DNA of 64,000 nucleotides from Hydrolagus colliei (Eukaryota). Below are positions 49,498 to 62,337 of this stretch, one piece after another (within the stretch, counting starts at the first letter, position 1; each line of letters starts with the position of its first letter). The translations under genes and the position numbers were made by a program. A model generated the notes under the pieces. That model ran no database searches and was not told the DNA's origin. It saw only the letters and a program-made list of their open reading frames with translations. The DNA is taken from positions 248,001 through 312,000 of the forward strand of contig JAYJKW010000344.1 in the NCBI GenBank assembly GCA_035084275.1. Direction: 5' to 3'.

Positions 49498-52400
49498 CAA
49501 CTCAGGCATGTTCATGCACACGGTTTGTGGTACAATCTGGCATCAAAAATTCAACGTGGGGATTAATCCCACAACTTTATTTCACAGAAGCGAGATTTCT
49601 GCCAAATGTTAGCGGCCATAGTTTTGACTAAACTCATCATACATACAAACTGAATCAACACAATTTACTTCTTTCCAAACCCCGTATACAAACAGCCAGA
49701 GACACGAAAGTTGGAATAATTCCTGAACAGTTTTGGCTTCTTTTTGGTTACAACTTAAAAATACTTTTCTGAAGATCGTTTTGAGTGCTTCAATTTTACA
49801 CAATCAAAAAAGATCCTAATTCATCCAGACTATTGTAATCGATTTTAATGCTTTATTGTGAAGTGTTCCCTTATATTTACAAACAGCAACGGTTTTTATA
49901 TTCTATGTAGAATTTTTTTTACTTTAAAAAAAAAAAAATCTTATTTCCACAGACATAGGGCAGCTGTAGAGAATACCCTGTGTTGTTAATTGTAATATTT
50001 GGAACCAGTTTCTAGCAGATGGTTTAAAGTCAGATTTATATTAAGAGGAAGTCGATCTAAATTACTGTCAGAAAATGCAGGTGTTTCATGTAGATAGGAA
50101 ACTGACTCATTTTTGGATAATCGCATGACCAGAGGCAATGATTTCTTGTAAATGTTGTATGAACCACAGTGACCCGGGGCAGCTGGATTCAGTACAGTGT
50201 TCATCAAAGCTAAGTTATTAATTTAGATACATAAAGCTGGCTATGTTTGTGTCTTAGTTTGGCTAGCGATAAGGATTATAGCGTGGTGGGGCGGGGCTGA
50301 TTGTTGTGTGTACCTCAGTGAAGGTGAATTTACCTAGTTTAAGTTTCCAGGTTGAATGATTCGAAACGATACTTGGAACTTAATCAATACTATGTGTCAG
50401 CCTATATCATCCAAGTGGGTCATTTTGCCTTCCAAGCATTGTCACTGACAAACCAGCCAGGTTGCCTGCCTCAATGGCAGGACTGGAGTGGCAAACTGAT
50501 TACCGAAGCCAGTGGAGAATCATGCACTTCTGGTCTTAGTATCTCTACAGGCCAAAGCACTTATATACACTATAGTCTACCTTGTCAAATTCTTCGTGAA
50601 CCAGCTTTTATGTGTATGTGGTTAACACACACACACACACAAACACATACACACATACGCACAGATACACACCAGAAACACAGATGTGAATACACATATC
50701 ACAATATGTAATAACCTCCTATGTATATATCCCATTTTATTTTTTGTTTCTGCTAAAATATCACTCCCCTGAATGAAGGATCCTCGCTCTTCTCTGTACA
50801 TTCTCTTCTTCAGGCCCAGTATTCTGGATACTCACTGGTGCAGCCCTAACAATATTTAATGACCCCCATGATAATTTCTGAGCATTTCAGCGGTAATTGA
50901 TTCAGTGTGTTGTTAGTTTTCTCAGTGGCCATATCATCGAATTGTCTGTGCTACTGTGGGATTGAGGGAATTAACATCCTTCCAACATTGCAGAGTTCCT
51001 AACTTCCTAGAGTGCACTAAACGCTGCAAATGTATTTGGACTTGTACACAGAAGACCTGAATGCAAAATTCGGTAAATTATCAAATAATTTTATTGTACA
51101 GGTGGATACGGCAGGATATGGGAATGATCGATGGGAACATTTCCACATCGACAGAGATATACTCTGCTAATGAAACATGTTGACAGATATTGAAAGTTTC
51201 AAAACATGCAAGTTTAAAATAAAATCAGTTTACATTCAGTAATCGGTTAGATCTAGTTCCAAAAACGCTTATGCAGAACTGACTTAGAATTTGTGACAGT
51301 GTTTAACAAATTCCAAGTTCTTAAATGCGAAGTTTTTCTGCATAAATTATCAAAGCAAGAAACAAGTAAGGTTTCTTCTTTCTAGTGATCATTCTCAGTG
51401 AAGTTAAGGGAAGGAGGCATATAGAGGGATGTGCAATCACAAAACATTGCCTGCAATTGAAATTCAAAACAAGTCTGCGGAATCACTGTTTGAGTGGAGA
51501 TGGTAGACGCACAAATTGACGATTTCTTGAATAACACATGGGTAGGTTTATTTTCCACAACAATATGTTTAGAAACAATACCTAATTTGAGATAATGTAT
51601 GTATATGTGACTGTGAGGATGATAGAAATCTGATTGGCTCGGCACTAGTCATTTTTGTCTCTCAATGCTTTAGTTCTGACTGAGCTATTATAGTGGACTC
51701 ATGATACACTTAATGCAACACTAAGTGATATTAATAAAATTATTACACGTGGAAAACTGTTCTGTTTGCAAAATGCTTAATATTTTGCGTCCTTCCTATT
51801 GCTCAATATATACCCATTGGGTGTTAGCAGATGGGAACTAGGCTGAAGTTATCTATTGTGCAGACGTCACTGGACTCTGTGGTAGCTGGAGAGACACTAC
51901 CATTTTATTTCTGTGGTAGCTGGAGAGACACTACCACAGAGTGCAACCTGGAAGAGAGAGCTCCCAGAGAAACTCAATGACCACTGAGTACATAACAAAT
52001 GTTGACACCAGAGACAATATAAAATCACGATAGTAATCTTTAGAAGGGGACGTTCTGTATCAATATTGATGCGAGTTGGGCTAAGGGAGCCAGATCAATT
52101 TTACATGTAGGGAATTTAAGGCCATATTTCTATTTTTGTTTCAGTCTGGGCGTATCATGATGTTATTAAAGAATGATAATAATAATTGCATTTGCTTTAA
52201 GGTGTATCAAGTCAGCAGTATGTCCCATCGTTTCACTGTTTAAAGTGTGAATAGGTGTCTGGGCCACAGCAGGATTTGGGCTTGATGGTCTGCCATTGTG
52301 ATGCTGCCAATCAATGTGTGCAGCTCAGCACAGGCAGGAGAAGTTGTGAGTGTGTACAACAAATGACACACTCACATTGTTCTGTAAATACTGTAACACA

Positions 52401-53074
52401 GAGCGGTGTGTTACTCTATTAGAACAGCCGTGCATCTGAAGCAGTAACTGGGTGTGGAGATGATCACTGGGGGAATAGAAGCAGCTGCCGGTTAAAGAAG
52501 TGAAGGATCTACAGAAGCGGAAATGTTGCTGCACATTAATAATCTCAGCAAAACCCGAGGTGAAGGTGGACGGTTCAAATCAAAAACTTTTGAAAAGCGA
52601 TAAGATTTGAGGGAATCTGAATAATTTGGTGAGCAGGAGAAAAGGCACAATTGACACAATAATGTAAAGAAAGCTTTGATACTTTGCACCGCATTTATTA
52701 TTTCGTATTGATGCAGTGGACAGTATTTTCAGACGTTATGAAACAGGAGCAGATAAAAGAAAACACGAAGCTGCTGATTAAAATCAAAGACAAATCCACA
52801 ACAGCCATTTTATTTCTTCAACATTACGCCACTCAAATGTTGAACAGCAAATACAAAATATTAAAAAATGTCCGCCGTTACCCATTTTTTTCATTACTGC
52901 TCAAGTCAAATTAGCAAGTAAGGATTATTAAAACAAGAAGAGTCATTATAATTGTTGTATTTGCATAATACAAAGGTTAATTCCAGCGAAGATAGACATC
53001 ATATTTTCGGTCGCCATATATTGCTTCTCAACATCAGCAAATGAGGCACCTGGGTGCAGCTGATATTCCGAAAT

Positions 53075-53083
53075 TCATTTTAC
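53075..53083 (-). CDS. IGHM: IgH TM2 exon (VK*)
   Basis: tttacag|GTA AAA TGA; phase 0, matching the TM1 donor. Confidence 0.85.
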   Translation of the reverse strand, partial: VK

Positions 53084-53755
53084 CTGTAAAATATGAGTAG
53101 ATATATAATTTAAAGGTTCTGCTTGGGTCAGCAGTTATTGATGACGGTTGCGTTTATTGATATATTTTTTACAATATACACACAGATGCATACAAACACA
53201 CACACCACACACACATGCAGACAGAAATACAAACACAGTCAGACACACAAACAGACACAGACACACACACACACAGACAGAAATACAAACACACAGACAG
53301 ACATAAACAGACACACACACAAGCTCAAACGATTCTGTGTGAATTGATTTTTGTCTGCTGGTGACTGACGCAAGTCGCCCTTTGCCAAGTTTTGCATACA
53401 AACACATATACCACAGATATATGCGGACAGAAATACAAAATACACATCTTAAAGCCAGGCTTTAAAGCTTCCACTAGATATTCATAGAACTATATATTCT
53501 GCAAATTACGGTTGGATTTTGCCTCTATCGATAACCAGTGAGCATATATCAGCAGTGATTATTGGTATGTAAGGGTAATCGGATATTTTCATCAGCAACA
53601 CAGAGTCTGGACACAATGATCCAGCCTTGTACAGACATGGGGATTAACCCAGCAGAGTGGACGCAATGCGCATCACTATCAGTACTCTCAGGAAACAAGT
53701 GTTTAACAGCATTTGTTAGATCACATAATGTCGTCAATGAATTTAATATCCTCAC

Positions 53756-53886
53756 CTTAATTATAGTGACGGTGGCGCTGTAGAATATACTCAGGAAGAA
53801 GAGGATGATGAATGTGGAAGCAGTAGGCCAGAGATTCTCACTTTCATCTTGTTGAAAACTTTCCACTATAAACTCGGTTGGGAAAT
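53756..53886 (-). CDS. IGHM: IgH TM1 exon
   Basis: ctcccag|(D)FPTEFIVESFQQDESENLWPTASTFIILFFLSIFYSATVTIIK|gtgagg; conserved antigen-receptor TM (CART) motif. Confidence 0.96.
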
Positions 53887-55994
53887 CTGGGAGGTTAGCA
53901 AAGAAGAAAATATTCAGAGGGAACACAAACTTGAGTTTAGTGTTATTTTTACTCTTTGTTTATTAATGACTATACGGTTTCCAATTGCGCTCCCTTACAT
54001 TGAACCAAATGGGCCCAAAGACACTTGCACACTTATCGACTCACACAGCACCATTTATGTGCATCCTGCCAATTAATACAAGCATTAACATTTCAGAGAA
54101 ATTAAGGAGAAATGGTTAATAATGTTTGTGGATATCAATTATATAATCCATGAAATAAATTTGGGGTCACTTTGGGAAACTTTAATTTGTAGAATACCAG
54201 AAGGATGAATATCCTCACATTGAGACTTTGCTGGTAGAAAATGGAAGAACTATGGCAATCCTCCAATTTCACCTTTCCAACTGTTTTCTTGTCACTAACC
54301 AAATACCATTTCAGATTGCGTCACTTTGTTATTGGGTTGAATAAACATATATTCCAAAAGATCTCTGTACAAAACACCAGCTCTAACTTTGTACGTTGCG
54401 TTTATTTTCCTGGGTGTCAGAGTTTCAAAATCTATCCTGCATTTTAACAGGTTTTATTCGATACTCTCCTCATTTTTTCTTTTACCTTCACTTTTTACGA
54501 GAAAAACTACAATGATTGAAGTTGTTCCGCATCGCTATAATGCCAATCACAGGCATCATTTTCATGCTCTGTGTGAAATAGTCCTAAACCTACATTGTAG
54601 GAGTGTGGAGAAGCCTGTGTTTAAGTGACTCTCTTGCTGTACCCTCTTTGTATAATAAAGTGTATGGAGCACCACACCGTACTCCAACCACATCCCTAAT
54701 AACGCTATTTCAATTAACTGCGCGAAAAGCGCGATATCATTTTAATTTTCCAAATCTTCCCCATTGCACTGAAACAATATGAATCCTTTGGAGAACATAC
54801 TTCCAAAATATACTTGAAATAAGCAGTTGTTTCAATATTCGACTGCATTTCTAAATTTCTACCAACAAAGCTAACGGTCTGATATTACGAAATGTGCCCA
54901 CTTCATTCCTCATTGTGAACCTTACCCCTGTTACATCCAGAACAATGTGTTTACAAGTGGTACCATGGTTAGTTAAAAATCGTTAATATTGTTTCAAAGT
55001 TAGTGCTGTGTGTGAGGTGGATTGTGTATTTTTTTGCTGATATGTCTGGATGGGCCTTGGCCTGGGCGTTTGTGAACATTTTGGGTGCGGGCTGTGTGCT
55101 TGTGCTGATGTATAGGTGGCTGTGTGTGCCTTTGCGCCCAGAAGGATGCAATGTTTGTGTGGGTCCGTTTGAGTGTGAGATTGTGTGGGCCTGGGTGTGT
55201 GATTGCGTATGAGCATTTGTGCTTGGGTATGTGAGAATGGGGGTCAGGTGGGTGTGATTATGTGTGAGTGCGTGTACACCTAATGTGTGTGAGTGGGTGT
55301 GATTCGGTAAATGTGTGTGGGAGCGAATTGGCCTGGATTGACGTGAATGTGTGAGTGTGTGTGGTTCCAGTTAGATTTGAGGGTATTAAGCTATGTGTAA
55401 GCCTGGGTTGGTGAAAGTTTGAGTGAATGTGCTTAGATGAGTGTCTGGTTGGCAGTGAGTTTGTGTCGGTGTGTGGAGTGGGTGAGCATGGCCCTCACTG
55501 CATTTGAGTTTGCACGATTCTCTTTGTTTATGAAGTAAAAGTCTGGGGAAGTCTATGTTGAAGTGAATATCTTCCTGTACTCAGATCTGCTTGTGTGGAA
55601 GAATCTGCAATTTTACATGAATTCAAGCAGTATAGCCCATAAACATTGTTACGTGTGGAACAATCATTGTGAATGATAAAGAAAATATCATGAAAGGGAA
55701 CGTGCGCAGAGGTCCCGCCCAATTCCAAAACAAGCTGCAAATCAACCCAAACTGAGTTTGCATTGTCGCAAGTGATGTGGAATAATTTGTGTGTTTTGAA
55801 TTAACGTTTTGGAGGTTAATTGATACGTGTCAAAACCCATCCTCATGCATGCTCATACCAAACTGACATTGCTACCAGCTTCATAATAACATTGCATCAA
55901 AGATAATATGTATTAATCCTCACTCTGGAAATCATCTGCATCATTAATTTTAAATCATCCCCTCCGTACGTGACTCAGTAATGCAACAATGATC

Positions 55995-56000
55995 TTTATT
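55995..56000 (-). terminator. Candidate polyadenylation signal of the secretory IgH transcript
   Basis: AATAAA on the minus strand ~90 nt after the secretory stop codon. Confidence 0.7.
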
Positions 56001-56088
56001 TAAATTACCTTTCATGAAACCAAACTGACAATGAAATGGTGTGGAGACAGGTGCACACAGCAATATGCATAATTGTATTGGTAGATGC

Positions 56089-56480
56089 TTATTGACATGC
56101 ATTCACAGTGTCCATCAGGACAAGGGAAATGTTTACAAAACTTGGTTTACCGCTGGATTTGTTAACGGTTCTGGTCAAGGTCTTCAGTGCGAAGGTTTCA
56201 TGTCCGACAATACAGGAGTAGGAGAAGCCTCTACCCCACTCTCCAGCTGAGATGGTCAACATGCTGTACATGGAGTAGTTGCGATCTGCGCTATCTGCCA
56301 TCAACTCAGTGTTCTTGTAGTTGCTGACATCTATCTCCTTGTCATCAACAGTCCATTGCACAAAGATCTCTTTGGGAGCGAAGTCCTTCACCAGGCAGGT
56401 GAGGGTGACAGACTGCTGAGCAGTCAATTCTGCTGCCGAGGGGAGGAGGATGTACACTGATGGTTGTTTTGTGTGGTCAA
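56089..56480 (-). CDS. IGHM: IgM-type CH4 exon with secretory tailpiece (internal donor for the TM form after 56151)
   Basis: (V)DHTKQPSVYILLPSAAELTAQQSVTLTCLVKDFAPKEIFVQW...YSCIVGHET...VNKSSG|KPSFVNISLVLMDTVNACQ*; tailpiece N-I-S sequon and penultimate Cys. Confidence 0.97.
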
Positions 56481-56915
56481 CTGTGGGACAAACACAATCA
56501 AATCAATACATTAACGTAATCAATCAAATAATACGTTCATGCGCAACATGCAGTTGAACAAATTGAGAATGTCTGTGTTCAGTGGTGTTTTCTGAAATTT
56601 CCTCATATAACTTTATTAGGTCCACCCAGAGAAAACTGGTTTAGGTGTTTCCAACTAAACTCATTGAGAACATTTCTCACATTCTCCAAGAAAAATAATT
56701 TATTTATTTATTGTGGATATTATTCACTGAATAATAAGGTATTAAACTACTTATCAACTTATATAAAGATAGGTTTTCTGGCCTCTTTGATAGGCAACAA
56801 ATCCACAGATAGATGGAAAGACAATACAGTCCAGAGACAGTTACTAATTGTTTTCACGATTATTTCCATTGTCTACATTCTAAAACCACGTATTTCCCCA
56901 AATCTAGCTCCATAC

Positions 56916-57224
56916 CTGTCCTCTGAAATATCTTTTCTCTGACAGGAGTTGGCATATCTTCGTGGCTGGCAACGCAGAAGAACTCCTTCCCACTCTTCCA
57001 GTCTTCTGTAGAAACGTTTAATTCACTCATCACTTCATGACGCTCAGTGACAGATGGTTTCCCATATCCAGATAGTTGTTTCTCTCCTTGTGTCCAAGAC
57101 ACGTTGACATCAAGTGGTGCATTATCCACTACACAGGTCAGTGTTACAGAGGATTCCATCAACACCTGTTTTGGTGAAAGTGGAAGGAAATAGATCTTGA
57201 CATTCCCAGTGGGATCCTCACAGT
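56916..57224 (-). CDS. IGHM: IgM-type CH3 exon
   Basis: ttctag|(D)CEDPTGNVKIYFLPLSPKQVLMESSVTLTCVV...VSW...WKSGKEFFCVASHEDMPTPVREKIFQRT G|gtatgg; 309 nt, phase 1-1. Confidence 0.96.
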
Positions 57225-57948
57225 CTAGAAAAGGAAAAGAAAGCTTATTCACAAATATCAGCCAATAGGCATGTTTCGTATTCGTTCAGGCTGATCAATA
57301 GTGTACACACACATTATCAGCTTCTGGATGAGATAAATACAGACTGTTGTTTACCAACGCAAGGATCGTTTGGTGTTGGAATAATGTACTGGAAAAGACA
57401 TGGTTATGGTTAGTCCTGACCCTATCCCTAGCGAATCTCAGAAGCCCTGCATGTTAATTGGCCGATTGATATCGCATATCCATCGTCTGATAATGAACAA
57501 GTATTAAGCAAATACGTTCGATGAGTAGTACCTCAGCAGTGTGTGTCATCTGCATACCTTCTTGGATTACACAAATAGTCTGTTTGTTTTCAGAGAGTTC
57601 AGTGAAACTGGAGATTGGGGAAATGTGTGGAATGTGAGAATTGCATCGTCGGTCACATGGACCTGTGAGAGGTATGATATGTGCCCTTGAGAAGCAGATC
57701 AGTAAATGACTGACATAGTGTGTCTGCTTGGCCACCCGCTGATACGTGAAGAGGATCAGGGCCTGATTTCCTCATGTTGTGCAGGTCAACAAAACACTGG
57801 ATCAATGCTCACATGTGCAATGTCCTCAGTGAAATAACAAAAGGGGGTGAAATGAAATGAGCTATTTGATCTCATAGGAGTGGATAATGGGAAGCATTAC
57901 CAGAAGCACATTGTTGCCATGATTCTCAACTGGTTCTTTGCTTCATAC

Positions 57949-58278
57949 CTGAGGACTTGGTGATGTTCTTGACAATGTATGTCTGTGTTGGGCTATGGGA
58001 AACCTGGCAAGTGTAAACCGAGCCACTCCTCCACTCTCTGGCGAGGACAGTCAGCCGGCTGCTGGTGGTGAATGTCCCATTGTCTTCTTTAACGGAGGGA
58101 GAGGTCTCAACCCCCGAGGTGATGGGCTCCCAGTCCTTCAACCATTTAACTGTCAGTTCATCTGGACGGAAGCCAGATATCAAACAGACAGCAATGCCTG
58201 GTTTGTGGATTGCAATATCTTCAGGAGATGGCTGAGTGAGGATAACAACTGGGGGCGATGGCTCCTGAATTTCATCAA
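57949..58278 (-). CDS. IGHM: IgM-type CH2 exon (copy b)
   Basis: tttcag|(V)DEIQEPSPPVVILTQPSPEDIAIHKPGIAVCLISGFRPDELTVKWLKD...YTCQVSHSPTQTYIVKNITKSS G|gtatg; 330 nt, phase 1-1. Confidence 0.96.
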
Positions 58279-59281
58279 CTGAAATGCATGAAATAATAGG
58301 TTATGTTTTGTGCAGTTCTTATTAATATTGAAGCAAACGTTGATTTCAGCCCGAGTGTGGACACCTCTCTGTTGGAGCTTTATATATTTGTATCTTCCCT
58401 GTAAAGATAGTCTTATCATTCTCACCTTACAAAATTCTAATCTCCTCAATCTATTCATCTGACTTAGTGAACTAAATGTTAAAGTGGGCCTGGAGTTGAA
58501 AACTCTTCTGCTCTCCTTTACCCGATTCCTACCACTGAACATTCCTTACATCTTGCACTCCAAAGCTATGTAGCTCCCCTTCTCTATGTCCCACCTTCTC
58601 ACTGTCTAGTTTCTGTTGTTCCTGTGTCGTGTCACATTATTCATCTATCTTCCCCAGTCCATCTCAACTTCGTCGAGTACTTTGTATCCCGTTCATATAT
58701 GCCCTTCATCTGCGGATAAAGCAGCATTCGAGAAATTAGTGTAATTTGGGAATTACAGATTCTCTGTGATGGGATTTCATTTAATCCAGTGAAGAAAAGT
58801 GACATACTCACATCTGCAATAGAGAATTCTACAATCCAGACTAATGATAATAATATTCCTTATATAGCTACAGAAAATTTTAATGTTTTTGAGGCGTCTA
58901 AAGGTGCTTACCAGAATAGACCAGGAAACAAAATTCGATGTACATTTTATTCGCAAAATGCGGCAGCCAAGGGCTCACTGCAGTGTCCCATGAATTTGGT
59001 GCATTGAAGTCATTGATTTTTATTTGAATAATAATTAGCTCCCAGAAATGCGATACACCAATGGACTGACCACAGGTTTCATACTTTCTTCCAGGTGTTC
59101 AGATATATGTGTAGTAACTAAACTAGCCCAATCTTTTGTCCTGCCTGGGAATCAAGCCAAAAATTCTAGTTTGAGATGTGAATGCTCTAACCACTGATCT
59201 CCAGGACTCCACATGTAAGCAATACAGGAAACTCAGAGCCACAACATTGCCACATGCATCAGCTGGCGCTGCGCCCCCTAC

Positions 59282-59605
59282 CTGTGGGCATGGTGATGCT
59301 CTTGACAATGGTGGTGTCGGTGGGACTGTGGGACACCTGGCATATGTAAACCCCGCCATTCCTCCATTCTCTGGCGGGGACAGTCAGCCGGCTACTGACG
59401 CTGAATGTCCCATTGTCTTCTTTAACCGAGGGAGAGGTCACCACACCTGAGGGCACGGGCTGCCAGTTCTTGAGCCACTTAACACTCAGTTTATCGGGAT
59501 GGAAATGGAATATTAAGCAAACAGCTGTGGCCGGTCTGACCATTGCCATGTCTTCAGGGGAAGGATGTAGGAGGACAACAACTGGGGGTGACGGTTTTAC
59601 AATAT
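59282..59605 (-). CDS. IGHM: CH2-like exon (copy a) in the position normally held by CH1
   Basis: ttgcag|(D)IVKPSPPVVVLLHPSPEDMAMVRPATAVCLIFHFHPDKLSVKWLKN...YICQVSHSPTDTTIVKSITMPT G|gtagg; 324 nt; 73/104 aa identical to copy b by hand alignment. Confidence 0.95.
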
Positions 59606-61070
59606 CTGCAACAAATTAAATAAAAGTTTATGATTTGTTCCATAGAAGTACATTTTGTTGTGCGATACATAATGATAGTGAAATGCCAGCCATGATGTGG
59701 AAATTCCTCTCTCATCGGCATACCTTTTTCAATCTTCCCTATAAAAGAAAGCCTTTAGAAAGATGAATAATGCGATCTCTTCAATCAATTTACCTGATGT
59801 TTTAAACTAAACTCTATAGAGGGCTTGCATTTGAGAACACTTCTATTCTCCCTGCCCACGTACATCTCATTCAGCATTCCTCAATTATTGATCTTTAAAG
59901 ATAACTCAGTGTCATTCTGTGAGTCCTGCTTCCCCACTGTCTGGTGAGTGTTGTGTCTGTTCCTTTTCAAGCTGCTCGCATATCTATCCCACTCCAACTT
60001 AACAGGTCATGTCCTTCCTACCATTGGTCTATATATGACGATTAGCTCCAGATATGGAGGTATATATGCGTGTGTGTGCATTAGTGCGTGTGTAAGTGCA
60101 TATAAGTACTACTAACTGTAGAGGTTTTCAACCGAGGCCGTGGCTGCTTGCAGTTGAAAATAAAATATCCCATGACGCTAAACTAAAACAGAATGTATTC
60201 TCTCTCGCTCCCTCTCTATCACTCTGTCTCGTCATACTAGTCAACAATCCCCCCCAAATATTATTTCTCAATCACTCTACCTTGTTTTTGTGACAATGGT
60301 CTGTGCAAAAGGCTTTTGCGCTTTGCTTAGAAAATACAGACAATCCACTTTGCATTATGTCCTGCGTTTTACCACCACGCTAGGCATCGTATCTAATGCA
60401 AACATTATAAAATGACGTATGTGCACATGACAGCGTGCATAACTGCACCGAATGACAACAGTTGACTTCATTTATTTGTACTATTCATCATAGTTTGTTT
60501 GGATGCAGCTGTAACTTATTTGTTGTGCGTTGAGGTGGTGTTAAGCGGGAGGTAGGGGTGGGGGGGCAGGAGGTTAATTGCCTCCAAGGTGTTACATTTG
60601 GCATTTTGCATTTAAATGTACTTCAAATTGAAGCTCCCAACAATGTAGTTTTAGCTGTGAAAACCTGTGTGAAAGAAACTGCTGATCAAACAGCAAAGCA
60701 TTATCTGCCTGCCTGTCTATGTACTGCTTGATCTCACACTCAGTTCTCCGAGATGGATTGTAACTTCTTCTCGATCTTGTGTCATATTTCAGATGTCAAT
60801 CAGTGAAAAAAAGGCAGTGATGACTGTCAGTGTCTGTCTGTGACCCTGGAGTCAGTGACGCTGAATCGACAGAGAAGCAGCTCAAAGCCACCAATTTTTG
60901 GACTGTGTTTCTATAGGTACATTGGGATCATAAATCTGACTCTGACCAATAAGATTTCAGAATTCAAAATCACACCGAATTTTTAATTGCCACTAAAATT
61001 CAAATTTAGCTTCAATTTTGAAAACGTCTATTAATTTGCTAAAATAAACTAATGTCAAGGTTCCTCAGAG

Positions 61071-62337
61071 ATGCAAATAATTTTACACCTAAAATTAAAA
61101 ACGTGAGCAATACTTGTTTTGGCGTTTGCTTATTCAATTGACCATCTTCAGACTGTTGACTCAATTACCGATCAATTGCGACCAGATTCCCGCAGCGTTG
61201 TGTTAAAATAGTTCATCAATTGTTTATACTGATAATAAATTGGGCATTTGATTTAGAGCCTTATTATGTCTTCGTGAGATCTGAAAGCGCTTGATGGAAT
61301 ATACTGTGAAGTTAACTGGCAGCTCGTTTGGGGAAGAAAAATATCTGCCTGAATGTTGACTAAGATTGGTCCATTTTAGCTCTTTTGCCTACTCGAGATG
61401 CCATATAATGGTTCAGTGTTTTACATGAGAAATAAAGGAGAGTCATCAGTGTTGTGCCGGGGACGAACCTCTCACAGAGAATGCTGTCTGACAGTTAGGG
61501 TGATACTGATTAGTGGAACCTGAAGCAGCTGCTAGCACAGCGATAAACGGAGACACAGAAACGTTCCAACACATTTACGTGTATTTTTGCCACACACCTG
61601 CACCGAAATGGTTATATAACGGCAGAGGCTGAGGTTAAATAACAATGGATGGCGGAGACGCTGCCTTGATTGACAAGCCAAGCAGTTGAGCAGTCACGCG
61701 TTGCGAACATGATGAAAGAATAGTAATTGTCAGCGTTTGGTTTAGTTCATTACCACGCGTTTGAGTGGTCTCATACCATTTAACAGAATATACTGTAAAC
61801 TCAAATGTCAGTGTGATACTTGGGCGAATTTCGAGAGCGCATTTCATACAGCATTGACCAACAAACAGTTATGGGTTGAATGAAGAATTAGTATTCTCAT
61901 CATTATGGTTATTAAGGGATTATTACCAACAAAGAAAGAGGTTCCTACCTACTGGTAGGTAAACAGATTTGTGTGTGTGTGGAGCAAGAAAAGTTGCCTA
62001 ATGTTTCTTCATACCTCAGAAACAAATCTGGTTATTCCCGCTTCTCCACCAGGCTACAGGAATCACAGAACTTACATAATTCGTGTTTACTTCACAGTCT
62101 GTATAAAGCTGAATTGTGGTAGATTGCTGAGTTAGTATTTACATATCCTGTTTACATGTTGCAGCCATGTCCCTAAGGCTGACACGCAGAGGCAGGTGCT
62201 ACAAACACTGAACAACAAGCGTCGCTGTCGTTTGTGCAGCTGTTTCCTGCCCTTGCGGTCACTGTCTTGTTGGTTATAAATACACTGAATAAAATTATGA
62301 TAAAACTGAAGATTATGGTCACTCCTGCCATGCAAAT
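61071..62337. promoter_or_regulatory. Two perfect octamer motifs (ATGCAAAT at 61071 and 62330) upstream of the first C exon
   Basis: Motifs read directly; an enhancer role is inference only. Confidence 0.3.
61720..61900 (-). mobile_element. tRNA-derived SINE, 3' part
   Basis: Reverse complement has body tggtcaatgctgtatgaaatgcgctctcgaaattcgccc and cagtatattctgttaaatggtatgagacc. Confidence 0.55.

Noticed and set aside
49159-49612. ORFs spanning the N run
   Set aside because: Produced by the assembly gap
60700-60900. Possible degenerate CH1 or J segment (VALSC..., ...LTVIT on the minus strand)
   Set aside because: Stops in all frames; no WGxG, RSS or Cys-Trp-Cys spacing
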